Shown here in pieces: positions 8,079 to 19,533 of a stretch of DNA of 64,000 bases (the stretch's first letter is position 1; each line of letters begins with the position of its first letter). The stretch covers positions 1-64,000 of IMG/VR virus record IMGVR_UViG_3300032007_000069; one strand, 5' to 3'. The DNA is from a virus. Lineage: Duplodnaviria; Caudoviricetes. The position numbers and the translations under genes are program-made. The notes under the pieces were generated by a model. It was given only the letters and a program-made list of their open reading frames with translations. It was not told where the DNA came from and searched no databases.

Positions 8079-11000
8079 ATGGCACTAAAGTTTGAGATAA
8101 CGGGCGACAACAGCAATCTCTTGAGTTCCTTGGACGGAGCGAGAGAAGGAGTACATCGAGCCGCACAGGACATCGAGAGTAGTGGTTTGGGCATAGAGGA
8201 TATGTTCAAGCGTATTGGCATTGCAGCCGGAGTAGCATTCTCCGTTGACCAAGTGAAGAGCTTCATCGGAAAGATAACGGAGGTGAGGGCATACTTCCAG
8301 GACATCGAGAGTTCCATGGAGGTGTTCCTCGGCAGTCAGCAGAAAGCCGCTCAGTTCACGCAGGAATTGAAGGACTATGCCTACTACAATATGTTCGAGT
8401 TCTCAGACTTGGCGAACGCGAGCAAGCAGATGATAGCCTACGGCAACGCTGTTGAGGACGTTATCCCCACTCTTGACCAGCTGAGTAACATCGCCACAGG
8501 TACAAAGGCAGACCTCATGGATCTTGTCGCTCTGTACAACAAGGCAAAGAGTCTCGGCAAGGTCGGAGCCAATGATTTGGCTTCTTGGGCTGTCAAGGGT
8601 GTCGTTGTCAAGGACGTGCTGAAGGAAATGGGTGACGAGGTGGATGATACCGCTGTTTCCTTCGAGCAGTTGCAGAAGGTGCTCAATAAGGTTACGGGTG
8701 AGGGTGGCATGTTCCACGACCTCATGCTGAACCAGATGAGCAACATATCTGCCGAGCAGGGCCAGTTGGAGGACAACCTCGCTGCCATGTACAATGAGAT
8801 TGGCGAGCAGTACCAGGACTTCATAACAGGTGCCATCAAGGCAGAAAGCTGGCTCGTTGAGCACTACAAGGAAGTCGGTTCAGTCATTCTCGGTCTCATC
8901 GCATCCTACGGAGAGTACCAGGCTGCATTGAAGGTCACACGTGCCATTGAGAACACGATGGCAAAGCAGGCCAACGGCATAGAGCAGACGAGACAGAGCG
9001 AGCTTTCCGACATCTACGGCAAGTACTCTGACAACTCCGACATCATGGCTATCGGTCAAGAGACAGCCGCAGAGGAAGCCAATACCGCTGCCATCCTGCA
9101 GAACACAGCCTCCCGTGAAGGTAACGTGTCTGCCATCGACGAGCAGATAGCAGCCCTTGAGCGCAAGATGCTTGCCGAGATCGACGAGTACGACAAAATC
9201 ATGGAAGGTGCTCAGTCTGCCATCGAAGCCGCCACGAAGAAGGAGGATGCCGCTGACAAGGAGATAGAAGTTCTCCAGCAGCAGGCAGACACCGCCAAGG
9301 AATATCTCGACATGTGCAATGACGAGGTGGATGCAGCCATCAAGTCCGGCGATGCACAGGAGATAGAAGCTGCTCGCAGGAACTACAATACAGCGGCCAC
9401 GGAAGCAGAGAACGCAGAGAAAGCCCTCTCTGCCGCTCAGTCGAACAAGGAGCAAGCCGCCAGTGCCAAGCTGACAGCACAGAAGAACCTTGAGACTGCA
9501 TCGAGCCGTAAGGTCGCCACACAGGAGAAGCTTACGAACTTCCAGAAAGCCGTCAGCGTCACTCAGACCAAGGCACAGACCACAGCCACAGGCTTATGGG
9601 TGGCAATGACGAAATCTGCAACCGCTGCACTCCACTCGCTGAAAGCTGCCATGCTTTCCAACCCATTCGGTGTGATACTCGCTGGTTTGACGACGATTAT
9701 CTCGCTCCTGCCTATCTTCACGTCGGAGGCAAGTGAAGCTTCTGCAGAAGTGGAGCGCTTCGGAGAGTCGGCAGTCAAGCAGGTACGCAACCTCGAAACC
9801 CTGTTCGCAGTCATTGAGAACACCAACACGAACAGCAAGGTACACAAGGATGCCGTTGACGAGCTGGTAAAGATATATGAGGAGTATGGCTTTAAGATAG
9901 ACGATGAGATTGACAAGCTGGAGCAGTTGCGCACCATGCACGACCTCGTTACCGAAGCCATCAAGAAGGAGGGTGAGGAACGTCAGAAAGCCAACCTCTT
10001 AGCCACCTATGAGGAAGCTCTGGAGGAAGCCACCACCAATATGCGTAATGCCCTGCAGAACGCTTTCGAGAATGCAGAGTGGGACGCATCCGGCACCTTC
10101 GACGATTGGGATGCCGAGGAGTACCAGGAAATGGCCAAGGAGCTTACAGCCATCATCGGTGGTATCATTCAGTCCGAGGGCGATGCTCTTGCCACACTCG
10201 AAGGTGATGAGCTGGAGGCAAAGATACAGGAGGTCAACGAGCGTATCAAGAAAGCCTATCAAGACATGGGCTTGCAGCTCTCCAAGGAGTTCATTCATAC
10301 TGGTGCCGATGGTAAGGCCTACACGTTCGATTCCCCTGTCGATGTCGATGCCATTCAGATTATGCGCGACTATGTGGACGCAACCCATGCTGTCACGGAA
10401 GGTCGCAAGAAGCTGATTGAGTCATGGGATCAGGGCAAGAAGTCTGTTGAGAACGAGACAGAGGCTGTTGACTACTCCACCATGAGCATCGAGGATTTGG
10501 CGAAAGCCGCTGCCGATGCAAGTGACAAGGTGACAGACCTCGGAGATTCCTCTGCCAGTCCGTCAGTAGATAAGACGTCCATTGACGATGCAGGTGATGC
10601 AGCCAGCAACACCAAGACAGGCATAGACCTCTTGAACGGCTTGACAGCCAAGCCTCTCGTTGACACCACCTCTATCGGCATTGCCATCGGTCAGACGAAC
10701 CAACTGCTCGGCAATATGTTCCAGATTGGTCAGATGGGTGGCGGTCAGAGTTCCTTCAGTCTCGGCTTCAATCCTAACAAGTTCGGCTTCGGTCAGTCCA
10801 GCACATTCAGTCTTTGGGGTGGCAAGAAGCCAGTATGGGGAACCATCGGAGGCAAGTCGGGCATTCAGTGGATGCCGGACATTCCCATCACAGACCCAGC
10901 TCTGCTTGCTCAGCAGGAGTTGAACAGCCGTGTCAATGGTGCCAATACCCAGAAGAAGGTCGATGATTTGTTGAAAGACGTCAACGATGCCCTCTCCAAG

Positions 11001-13682
11001 GCTGTCTTCGATAGTCCCGAATACAAGGAGCTTGAAGGCTTGAAGAAGCGCCTTGAAGCCAAGTCAAGGAAAGGCAACAGGAAGTCCGGCAATAAGAATA
11101 AGACCAACACAGCCGAGAAGATTGCCGATGAGCAGGAGAAGCTTGAGGACATGCAGGACGATTTGGCTTTCGAGCGTCTGCGCTCCAAGCAGGACATGGA
11201 GGCTCGTATTGCCGATGCCACCATTGCTGCTGAGCAGGATGCAGCCAAGAGAGTACGCATGTACCGTGAACAGCAGAACGCTGAGGAGATTCGTGCCATC
11301 GAGAAGCAGTCTGAGGATGCAGTCCGCAAGTACATCGAGGAGGAGAAGCGTATCTTCGAGCAACAGGAGAAGATCAAGAAGCTCCAGAACCCCAAGTACA
11401 AGGAGCAGAAGTTCGACGAGAGTACGGTAGATACATCTGCCATCACAGCCCAGTATCAGAGGCTCATCGACCTTACTAAGCAGCGCCAGTTTGGTGACAT
11501 CGCCCGTGAGAACGCTGAGGCTATGACTGACTACATGAAGCAGTATGGTAGCCTGCAGGACCAGAAGAGAGCCGTCAATGAGCAATATGAGCGCAAGATA
11601 GCCGACGAGTCCAATGCCATCAGACGTGCAGCCCTGGAGAAGGAGCGTGACGATATGCTTGAGGCTCTTGACTTCCAGCAGCTACAGGAAGAGATAGACT
11701 GGGAAGCTGTCTTCAATGACCTCGACAGGCTGAGCACAAGTTCCCTGCAGGCACTCCATGATAAGTTGAAGGCAGCACTCGACGCAGGTGACATCACAGC
11801 GGAGAACGCAAAGGTTATCTCTGAGAGACTGTTGGAGATTGAAGACAAGATTTCCGACAAGACGAGCTTCTGGGGTTCCCTCATCCCTGCCTTGAAGGAG
11901 CGCGAGAGACTTACCCGTGCAGCCAAAGCCGCACAGGAGGAGTACAACCGCCTTGTCAAGGAGCAGGAGGCAGCAGAGCAGAAGGTAGTCGAGGCTCAGC
12001 AGAAGATACATGACGAGATTGTTTCCCTCTACGGACAGGACATAGACCTCAGCAAGATCAGTGTCGAGGGTAAGCTTCAGTTGTATAACGAGCTTGGTGT
12101 CGATGCCACAACCGCTGCAGGTCAGCAGCTCACTGAGGCCTTCGGTCTTCTTGAGACTGCCACCATAGACCTCACGAAAGCTGAAGAGGATGCCAAGAAC
12201 GGCAAGAAGAAGTCTGAGGACGCTAAGAACCTGCTGAATGGCGGTTCCATCGGTGACATCTTCAAGAAAGCGCAGGAGGCAGGCGGTGGCGGTGTTATGG
12301 GTATCATAAGCATCGTCAATCAGAACGCTCAGAGCCTTGCGGACTTCGTGGATAAGGTTGGTCTCGAGAACACCGACTTCGGTGAGGCAGTACATGGCTT
12401 CGCAGACGGTGTGGCTGGTTTCCAGTCTGCCATCCAGTCGTTGGCCAGTGGCGACATCATAGGAGCAGTGAACGGAGTCCTTGACGGCATAGCAGGCTTC
12501 GGTCGCTCGTTCATATCCATCTTCGCAGGTGGTGGCAATGAGGAGGAAATGGAGAAGCGCATTGAGGAACTGGCTAAGGCCAACGAAGGCCTTTCTTCTG
12601 CCATTGACTCCCTCGCTGAGCGTATCGCAAGCAGTAACACTACAAACAGGGAGTCCGTTGAGGCTTACAAGCAGGCATTCCAGGCAGAGCAGGAATGGGA
12701 ATCCAACCAGCGAGAAGCCATCAATGCCCGTGCCTCAGAGTATGCCAACAGCGGTTACGGCTTCCTTGGTCTCGGTGGTAAGCACTCGTTCAACTACTAC
12801 ATGGCCGGCAACGGATGGGAAGGATGGAAGACCCTCTCTCAGACCTTGAAGGAGCATGGCGAGAATGTCAACGTGAACAAGGATAACTTCTGGTCGCTCA
12901 CTCCGGAGCAGATGAAGATACTCCGTGACTTCGCACCATCCGAATGGGCAGCACTCATGAACGGTGACGGACACAGGAACCCGATAGATTTGGTCAATCA
13001 GTACATCGACAGGGCAGGCAAGCTCGAAGAGATTACGTCCGCCTTGAACGAGAAGCTGACAGGCTACTCATGGGACGGCTTCAGAGACTCCTTCGGCTCA
13101 CTCCTTACTGATATGAGCAGTGACGTGGAGGACTTTGCCGACAACATGGAGAATGTCCTGTCGAAGGCCATCCTCAACTCCCTGCTGACAGCGAAGTACA
13201 AGGACAGGATTGATGCCTTGTACAAGATGATTGCCGATGCAGCGATGGATGATAATATCACCAAGGAGGAGGCTGATGCCATCAGAAACACCAACAAGCA
13301 GATTGCCGAGGACATGCTTGCCGACAGGCAGATGTTGCAGGATTTGGGTATCATCAATTCCAATGGCTCGGAGTACTCGCAGGAAGCCTCTAAGAAAGGC
13401 TTTGCCGCTATGGGGCAGGAAACGGCAGAAGAGCTGAACGGACGCTTCACAGCCCTCCAGATAGCAGGTGAGACGATTGCCGCACAGGCTGTTCAAATCT
13501 ACGGACAGATGATAGTGATGAGCCAAGTCCATGTGTCGAGCAACAGCTACCTCTCAGAGATAAGGAATATGATGATAACGGCCAACTCCTACCTTGAAGA
13601 CGTGGCGAAGTACAGCAAGAAGATGTACCTGGAGTTCACGGAGAAGCTGGATGATCTGGTCGATAACACTAAAAATATGTAA
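8079..13682 (+). CDS. Tape measure protein (1867 aa)
   Basis: Long Ala-rich helical protein with an N-terminal tape-measure motif (FEFSDLANASKQMIAYG) in the expected position. Confidence 0.9.
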   Translation: MALKFEITGDNSNLLSSLDGAREGVHRAAQDIESSGLGIEDMFKRIGIAAGVAFSVDQVKSFIGKITEVRAYFQDIESSMEVFLGSQQKAAQFTQELKDYAYYNMFEFSDLANASKQMIAYGNAVEDVIPTLDQLSNIATGTKADLMDLVALYNKAKSLGKVGANDLASWAVKGVVVKDVLKEMGDEVDDTAVSFEQLQKVLNKVTGEGGMFHDLMLNQMSNISAEQGQLEDNLAAMYNEIGEQYQDFITGAIKAESWLVEHYKEVGSVILGLIASYGEYQAALKVTRAIENTMAKQANGIEQTRQSELSDIYGKYSDNSDIMAIGQETAAEEANTAAILQNTASREGNVSAIDEQIAALERKMLAEIDEYDKIMEGAQSAIEAATKKEDAADKEIEVLQQQADTAKEYLDMCNDEVDAAIKSGDAQEIEAARRNYNTAATEAENAEKALSAAQSNKEQAASAKLTAQKNLETASSRKVATQEKLTNFQKAVSVTQTKAQTTATGLWVAMTKSATAALHSLKAAMLSNPFGVILAGLTTIISLLPIFTSEASEASAEVERFGESAVKQVRNLETLFAVIENTNTNSKVHKDAVDELVKIYEEYGFKIDDEIDKLEQLRTMHDLVTEAIKKEGEERQKANLLATYEEALEEATTNMRNALQNAFENAEWDASGTFDDWDAEEYQEMAKELTAIIGGIIQSEGDALATLEGDELEAKIQEVNERIKKAYQDMGLQLSKEFIHTGADGKAYTFDSPVDVDAIQIMRDYVDATHAVTEGRKKLIESWDQGKKSVENETEAVDYSTMSIEDLAKAAADASDKVTDLGDSSASPSVDKTSIDDAGDAASNTKTGIDLLNGLTAKPLVDTTSIGIAIGQTNQLLGNMFQIGQMGGGQSSFSLGFNPNKFGFGQSSTFSLWGGKKPVWGTIGGKSGIQWMPDIPITDPALLAQQELNSRVNGANTQKKVDDLLKDVNDALSKAVFDSPEYKELEGLKKRLEAKSRKGNRKSGNKNKTNTAEKIADEQEKLEDMQDDLAFERLRSKQDMEARIADATIAAEQDAAKRVRMYREQQNAEEIRAIEKQSEDAVRKYIEEEKRIFEQQEKIKKLQNPKYKEQKFDESTVDTSAITAQYQRLIDLTKQRQFGDIARENAEAMTDYMKQYGSLQDQKRAVNEQYERKIADESNAIRRAALEKERDDMLEALDFQQLQEEIDWEAVFNDLDRLSTSSLQALHDKLKAALDAGDITAENAKVISERLLEIEDKISDKTSFWGSLIPALKERERLTRAAKAAQEEYNRLVKEQEAAEQKVVEAQQKIHDEIVSLYGQDIDLSKISVEGKLQLYNELGVDATTAAGQQLTEAFGLLETATIDLTKAEEDAKNGKKKSEDAKNLLNGGSIGDIFKKAQEAGGGGVMGIISIVNQNAQSLADFVDKVGLENTDFGEAVHGFADGVAGFQSAIQSLASGDIIGAVNGVLDGIAGFGRSFISIFAGGGNEEEMEKRIEELAKANEGLSSAIDSLAERIASSNTTNRESVEAYKQAFQAEQEWESNQREAINARASEYANSGYGFLGLGGKHSFNYYMAGNGWEGWKTLSQTLKEHGENVNVNKDNFWSLTPEQMKILRDFAPSEWAALMNGDGHRNPIDLVNQYIDRAGKLEEITSALNEKLTGYSWDGFRDSFGSLLTDMSSDVEDFADNMENVLSKAILNSLLTAKYKDRIDALYKMIADAAMDDNITKEEADAIRNTNKQIAEDMLADRQMLQDLGIINSNGSEYSQEASKKGFAAMGQETAEELNGRFTALQIAGETIAAQAVQIYGQMIVMSQVHVSSNSYLSEIRNMMITANSYLEDVAKYSKKMYLEFTEKLDDLVDNTKNM

Positions 13683-13685
13683 GCT

Positions 13686-14159
13686 ATGACAGGTGACGTA
13701 ACGATAAACAACTACGATGCCTTCACTCGCTGGGGTGTGAATCTTGAGGACGGTGCTTTGTCGGCCCTCATGACCCCAGCACCCATGAAGGAGTTCATTG
13801 AGAGCAAGAGCCGTGTCGCTCACGGCAAGAAGATTATCACCAAGGCACCGAAGGTCGATGCAAGGGAGGTGACTCTTCCGTTCCACATCATGGCCAAGAC
13901 GAAGGAGGAGTTCTTTGACAAGTACAACCTCTTCTGCGAGGAGGTGCTGAAGCCCGGTGCCTTCACCTTGAAGACGAAGTACCAGCCTCAGAGGACGAAG
14001 ATAGTAGGCGGTGTGGCACAGACCATCCCAGAGGTGGTGTATCACCTCGTGTACCTCTCCTGTACGCAGTTCAGCCAGTATGACCAGCGCCTCGGCAGGT
14101 TCTCGCTGAAGGTCGCTGAGCCAGACCCCACTAACAGAGTAGCAGAAGTAACGACATGA
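13686..14159 (+). CDS. Distal tail (Dit-like) protein
   Basis: Immediately follows the tape measure gene; 157 aa. Confidence 0.6.
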   Translation: MTGDVTINNYDAFTRWGVNLEDGALSALMTPAPMKEFIESKSRVAHGKKIITKAPKVDAREVTLPFHIMAKTKEEFFDKYNLFCEEVLKPGAFTLKTKYQPQRTKIVGGVAQTIPEVVYHLVYLSCTQFSQYDQRLGRFSLKVAEPDPTNRVAEVTT

Positions 14160-16969
14160 TACAGATAAAGCGATTAGACAACACCACGGTACTGACGCTT
14201 GCCGACGTGCCGGAGGGTTCATTGGTTCACAGGGAGCTGATGGGCGACCACTATGTGAAGTTGCCCTTCACCTTGGAGAACCCTGTCTATCTGCATCTTG
14301 GCGACTACGTTGAGATTGCTCCCTACGGACGCTTCGAGCTGACTGAGCCGTATTCACCAAAGTACAACAGAGAGACGGCAGGCTATGACTACACCCTCCA
14401 GCTGGATGCGTACTACGTCAAGTGGAAGAACAAGACGGTAAGGTACATGCCTACCGCCAATGCCAGCGAGACGTCGTTCAAGCTGACAGCCGCCATCGGC
14501 ACCCACTTGAACGTCATTGTGAACGGCATCAATGCCCTCGGAGGCAAGGACACGAACTACAGGTACAACGGCTCTCAGTCGTTCACCTGGTCCTTGACGA
14601 ACTTCCCTGCAGACAAGGTGAATGCCGCCAAGTTCAAGGAGTACAACAACACCGACTTCATCACGGCTCTGAGCGACCTCGCACAGATGTATGACTGCGA
14701 GTGGTGGGTGGAGGCCAACGTTATCCACTTCGGACGCTGTGAGCTGAACGCTACGGCTGTGGAGTTTGAGATAGACGTGAACATGGAGGAAATGTCCGGC
14801 TCGGAGTCCAAGGCAGACTATGCCACCCGTATCATCGGCTTCGGATCTGACAGGAACCTCCCGAAGAACTACCGTGCGAACCAAGGTGCTGACGTCACCC
14901 AGAACGGAGTGGTGCAGAAGAGGCTTATGCTCCCTGCCACAGGACAGCACGCTTGCCCCTACGGCTATCTGCAGGACGGCAACCTTGCCAATGAGACGGA
15001 GGCCATCGAGCTTGTCGTGGTGGACGACGACATCTACCCTCGCACCAACTGCGTGGTAGGTCGTGTCGAGACCTACGAGAACTCCTACGAGGACGAAGAG
15101 ACCCATGAGACGGTCACACAGACGTTCTACAGGCTTTACGACAAGAGCGGCTTCCACTTCTCCAGCGACTACATTTTGGAGGGTGAGACGCTTCACATGA
15201 TATTCCAGAGCGGTTCCATGAACGGCATGGACTTCGAGTGCCACTATGATGATGAGCACGGCTACTATGAGGTCGTAGCCAACGAGGACTACGGACGTCT
15301 CTTGCCGGACACCAACCTGCACCCAGCCGTTGACGATGAGTTTGTGCTGGTCGGATGGGACAGCACACAGATTGGCAACACAGGTCTCATCGAGTCTGCT
15401 GAGGAAGAATTGTACCAGGCTATCGCTGCCAAGCTGCAGGAGATAAAGAAAGATCCGAACACGTACAACTGCAAGCTGATGTCGGACTGGTATGCCGAGA
15501 AGATGGAGGACGACAACCTCACCTACTACTCTCTCGGACAGCCCGTGACGATTGTCAACCCCACCTTCTTCAGCGGCAGTCGTGATTCGAGGATAATAGG
15601 CTATGAGCTGAAGCTCGACTTTCCGTATGACACTCCCGAATATATGGTCGGTGAGGCTGGAGCGTACTCACGTTCCAAGGCTATGGAGGAGAAGATTGAC
15701 TCTCTCACGGTCAATGGCCAGACCTACAACGGCAATGGCAACGGGAACGGCAGCGGCATCTACCTCATCACCACTACAAGCCAGACCCCTGCGAGCGACT
15801 TCAATGCCTACTCCGCTGCAAGGAGCGACAAGCAGTTCCTTCACAGGGACAGGGCAGACACGGCATTAGGCCCTATTACCCACAGGCAGAAATCGACCCA
15901 TGAGGCAGGTGCCCAGTTCGGACAGACGTTCACTCCTGGTCTTGTCGGTGTCGGTGGTCAGATTGACGGACAGGGACGTGCGGAACTGCGCTCCTTGAAG
16001 CTGTGGGAATGGCTGGAGGTGCCGGAGCTGAGATACAACAGAGTGACCATATACACAGGCATCCGTTGGGACACCTTCGGAGGCGGCATCATAGAGACTA
16101 TCACTCCAGACGCTAACGCTGAGACAGGTTCGGGAACACTGAAGCTCGACGACGGCGAGATTGGAGCCATTGCGGTAGGTGATCTGTGCATGGGTATATG
16201 GCACGACACCAGCGGAAACGCTTCTGCCAACAGCGATGATAACGTCGGTAACTTCACCTTTGCAGGTTTCAAGACGGTGTATTTCCAGATTACAGGGGTT
16301 AGCGGTGCCCACAATCAGAACTTCACCTACTTGCTGAGAGGCCAGGCACAGGGAGGTAACGGCTTCCATCCTTTCGTCGGAATGCACTTCGCTGGCCGAG
16401 GCAATATCAGCAACACGGCACGTCAGGCTTTCACCTACACCACCACGGAGTACAGCCTCTCGCTGAGGAACGTCAGCACATGGCAGTTCCAGCCCGAGAA
16501 CTACTACGAGATTCACGGGCACATCGAGGGTTTCAGTATGCCGGCTATCGACAGCGCAGGACAGCCATACACGAAAACATTCCACGGATATGGCCAAGTG
16601 TTCGGTAATGCCTATATATTCGGTCAATTAGACCAGTTCGAGCGCATATCCTATCGTTGCTTCATTGAACAATCTTTAGGCGGCTCACTGGCTCCAAATG
16701 AGACCGAGGATGTCGCAGTAAGCGTTCTCAACGGCTACGGTGAGGACGTGACAAGTCAGTTCACTCACATTGCGGTTACGAGGAACACTGGCGACGTGGC
16801 ATCAGATGCTTTGTGGAACGCTCAGCATACCGAGGTGACGAACCCCTTCCAGATCAGCTTCAATGATTTGGGCATCGACGGCATCCATAAGATTGTCGCG
16901 GTGTTCACGGTGGAGGCCTCGGATGCGAATAATCTGACAGCAGTAGCAACAGCAAACTATTTCAGTTGA
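14156..16969 (+). CDS. Baseplate hub / tail tip (Tal-like) protein
   Basis: 937 aa, after Dit; YATRIIGFGSDRNL and DDDIYPR motifs typical of tail hub proteins. Confidence 0.65.
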   Translation: MIQIKRLDNTTVLTLADVPEGSLVHRELMGDHYVKLPFTLENPVYLHLGDYVEIAPYGRFELTEPYSPKYNRETAGYDYTLQLDAYYVKWKNKTVRYMPTANASETSFKLTAAIGTHLNVIVNGINALGGKDTNYRYNGSQSFTWSLTNFPADKVNAAKFKEYNNTDFITALSDLAQMYDCEWWVEANVIHFGRCELNATAVEFEIDVNMEEMSGSESKADYATRIIGFGSDRNLPKNYRANQGADVTQNGVVQKRLMLPATGQHACPYGYLQDGNLANETEAIELVVVDDDIYPRTNCVVGRVETYENSYEDEETHETVTQTFYRLYDKSGFHFSSDYILEGETLHMIFQSGSMNGMDFECHYDDEHGYYEVVANEDYGRLLPDTNLHPAVDDEFVLVGWDSTQIGNTGLIESAEEELYQAIAAKLQEIKKDPNTYNCKLMSDWYAEKMEDDNLTYYSLGQPVTIVNPTFFSGSRDSRIIGYELKLDFPYDTPEYMVGEAGAYSRSKAMEEKIDSLTVNGQTYNGNGNGNGSGIYLITTTSQTPASDFNAYSAARSDKQFLHRDRADTALGPITHRQKSTHEAGAQFGQTFTPGLVGVGGQIDGQGRAELRSLKLWEWLEVPELRYNRVTIYTGIRWDTFGGGIIETITPDANAETGSGTLKLDDGEIGAIAVGDLCMGIWHDTSGNASANSDDNVGNFTFAGFKTVYFQITGVSGAHNQNFTYLLRGQAQGGNGFHPFVGMHFAGRGNISNTARQAFTYTTTEYSLSLRNVSTWQFQPENYYEIHGHIEGFSMPAIDSAGQPYTKTFHGYGQVFGNAYIFGQLDQFERISYRCFIEQSLGGSLAPNETEDVAVSVLNGYGEDVTSQFTHIAVTRNTGDVASDALWNAQHTEVTNPFQISFNDLGIDGIHKIVAVFTVEASDANNLTAVATANYFS

Positions 16970-16970
16970 T

Positions 16971-18230
16971 ATGAACGAGAATACATTTCAATCACAGAGG
17001 ACGCATACGCGCGTCAAGTTTGAACCGCTGACAGTGCATTGTCAGCTGGTTTGCCTTACCCCTCAGTCGCCGTGCGTACAGAGTATCACGGTGCTCTCGG
17101 GTTCTCCTGCATACGAGCCGGACAGGTCGCTGACACCAACCATCGTCTTCCCCGACGTGAGAGCCAACGACCCGGATAATGTCTTCCAGCACGGAGCAGC
17201 CAATGCCAACCTGTCGCTTGACACCATCGAGTGGCTTGTGGACGAGCAGCCTATCGCAGACGTATGGACGGTGAACACTGACTACGAAATCAACACCAGC
17301 GCGACAGACCTCAGAGGTGCCTTGACCATCAAGAAGAACCTCGCTGCATCCGCCAAGGCTGTGCTCCACTTCAGAGCCAAGTTCCTTGACTGGCGCACAG
17401 GCATCGCCTACGCTGTGGAGAGTGACGACATCGCCCTCACCTGCACAGACAAGGGCGAGGACGTCTATACCTGCTCGGTGGATAAACCAAGTGTCGAGTA
17501 TGACCCCCTCTTCGACGACCTCTTGCTCTATGAGCACAAGGTGGCCAGAGGTATCGCTGTGACAGGCACGAGGTCTGACTATGTGACAGGCAAGTGCTAT
17601 GAGCAGAGCGTCAACGTCTTGCTCTCTCTCGGCACTTCGCAGATAACGACGCTCCAGAACGACATCACCATGCGTGTGGTGAAGCTCGGACAGAGCACGG
17701 CACTCACTCCAAACAGCGAGGCGAGTCCGGAGCTTCTGCTTGCCACCTTCCCTACGGTCAAGTTCGACATGAGGATGATCGCCAAGGCAGAGTACGAGGT
17801 GCAGTTCTTGAAAGGCGGAAATATCATCGCCAGAGCCACGATTGGTCTTCACACGGCTACTACCATGCCGACCTTCGGAAAACCTCTCAGAGCGGCTGAT
17901 ATAAGCCCCTCGCAGGACGAATACTTCAACTCCGTGCTCTTGAACTTGGAGGACAGGCTCGTGGAGTACCCCGAGTGCTATTATCTGATAGAGTGGTTCA
18001 CGCAGGCGAAGTACAATGATAGCGGCACATGGAAGTACGCACAGGCCAAGACGTGGCAGAGAGGTGTCAACCTTGCTGCAGCAGTCAAGGACCTCGGAAT
18101 CGGTGTGACGGTGAATGACAGCTTCTTCGACCTGTGGTTCAACCTCGATGCCCATGACGCAAGAGAACTGATAACGGATGAGGATGGCTACGTCCTTACC
18201 GATGAGAACAACGAATTTCTGATAGACTGA
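16971..18230 (+). CDS. Tail-associated structural protein
   Basis: Beta-rich 419-aa ORF within the tail operon. Confidence 0.6.
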   Translation: MNENTFQSQRTHTRVKFEPLTVHCQLVCLTPQSPCVQSITVLSGSPAYEPDRSLTPTIVFPDVRANDPDNVFQHGAANANLSLDTIEWLVDEQPIADVWTVNTDYEINTSATDLRGALTIKKNLAASAKAVLHFRAKFLDWRTGIAYAVESDDIALTCTDKGEDVYTCSVDKPSVEYDPLFDDLLLYEHKVARGIAVTGTRSDYVTGKCYEQSVNVLLSLGTSQITTLQNDITMRVVKLGQSTALTPNSEASPELLLATFPTVKFDMRMIAKAEYEVQFLKGGNIIARATIGLHTATTMPTFGKPLRAADISPSQDEYFNSVLLNLEDRLVEYPECYYLIEWFTQAKYNDSGTWKYAQAKTWQRGVNLAAAVKDLGIGVTVNDSFFDLWFNLDAHDARELITDEDGYVLTDENNEFLID

Positions 18231-18231
18231 T

Positions 18232-18450
18232 ATGTTGTATAGTATCATTGACGCAGCGTTAGGCGAGGTGTACGGCTTCAAGCCAGCCCTCCACAAGACC
18301 ATCGTCAACGGCACGAAGATGGTGGTCAACGAGAATGAGTTACGGCTTGTCAACAATGACATCGAGGAGGCCGCAAGGACTTTGCAGGGTGTCGTGATGA
18401 GTCAGGCCGAAGTGGTTAACGAAATAAAAAGATTAGAACGAAATGAGTAG
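18232..18450 (+). CDS. Small tail-region protein
   Basis: 72-aa ORF tightly coupled to its neighbours. Confidence 0.6.
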   Translation: MLYSIIDAALGEVYGFKPALHKTIVNGTKMVVNENELRLVNNDIEEAARTLQGVVMSQAEVVNEIKRLERNE

Positions 18451-19513
18451 AGCAGGTGCGGCTTTCTCCGTCCGCTTCCTACGAAACGGAGACCAGGTAA
18501 TTGTCACGCGCAACATCATCAACAGGAACGGAGCTGGTGCAGCCCTGTTCCAAGTCGTTGACCCCAACAGCGGTGCCGTAAGCCCCGACTGGGATGCGAC
18601 AGGCAAGACAGGTGATGCGCAGACTGCGGTGCTCAATGCACAGCCCATCATCCAGCTCGGAGTACGGTCGAGTGCCGGCTATCCTGCTGAGATAACGGGT
18701 GTGAACTGGGCTTATGACGGCACGACGTTGAACTTCACGCTGAACGGCTCGACATGGGTGACGGCATCCAATGACAGCAGGTTCCAGGCGCGTATCAACG
18801 GCCAGTATTATGAAATGAAGATTGTGGGCAACCTCGCTTCGGCACAGGCTATCGCTAACAAGCAGATAACCTATGAGGTGAGCTACATCAGCAACTCTTA
18901 CACGGACAGTGTGAGGGGCAGCGTCGATGTGCTCATTCAGATGGCAGGCAGCGACTCGCATATCCTTCAGATTACGACTGACAGGGTGGAGCTTGACGAG
19001 ACCCATACGCAGGCCACCCTCACGGCAGTCGGCATGTATGGTACGGATAACGTCACCATCGGCAGCAACGGCTACACGATAAAGTGGTACCAAGACGGCA
19101 CGGAGATCAGTGGTCAGACGGCAAGCACGTTGACCGTGACGAGGGCTATGGTGGAAGGTGGCAGCATCTTCATCGCCAAGCTGTTCTTGAACGGCAATGC
19201 TGTGGCACAGGACAGCCAGCGCATCAACGATATTGCCGACGAGTACCAGATTGCCTACACCCCGTCCAATGCAGGCAGTAACTACTGCGGTATCGGGCAC
19301 AACGCTGTCTATACCCTCTCTGTGACGAAGAACGGCAATGCCTACGCGGGCAACGTGTCGTATGCCTGGCAGGTCTTCAATGCCATCGGAGAGTGCAAGA
19401 AGAGCGATGGTGTCGGTGCCACGGTTACGGTGACTCCGGACTACTGCCTCGTGGGCACTGGCGAAGGTGCATATCATGCCGATGCAGATGTGCAGGTGAC
19501 AGCAGATTTCTAA
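18443..19513 (+). CDS. Tail protein with Ig-like domain(s)
   Basis: IKWYQDGTEISGQTASTLTVT is an Ig-fold signature. Confidence 0.65.
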   Translation: MSRAGAAFSVRFLRNGDQVIVTRNIINRNGAGAALFQVVDPNSGAVSPDWDATGKTGDAQTAVLNAQPIIQLGVRSSAGYPAEITGVNWAYDGTTLNFTLNGSTWVTASNDSRFQARINGQYYEMKIVGNLASAQAIANKQITYEVSYISNSYTDSVRGSVDVLIQMAGSDSHILQITTDRVELDETHTQATLTAVGMYGTDNVTIGSNGYTIKWYQDGTEISGQTASTLTVTRAMVEGGSIFIAKLFLNGNAVAQDSQRINDIADEYQIAYTPSNAGSNYCGIGHNAVYTLSVTKNGNAYAGNVSYAWQVFNAIGECKKSDGVGATVTVTPDYCLVGTGEGAYHADADVQVTADF

Positions 19514-19533
19514 ACTCCTAAATAACAGGTATT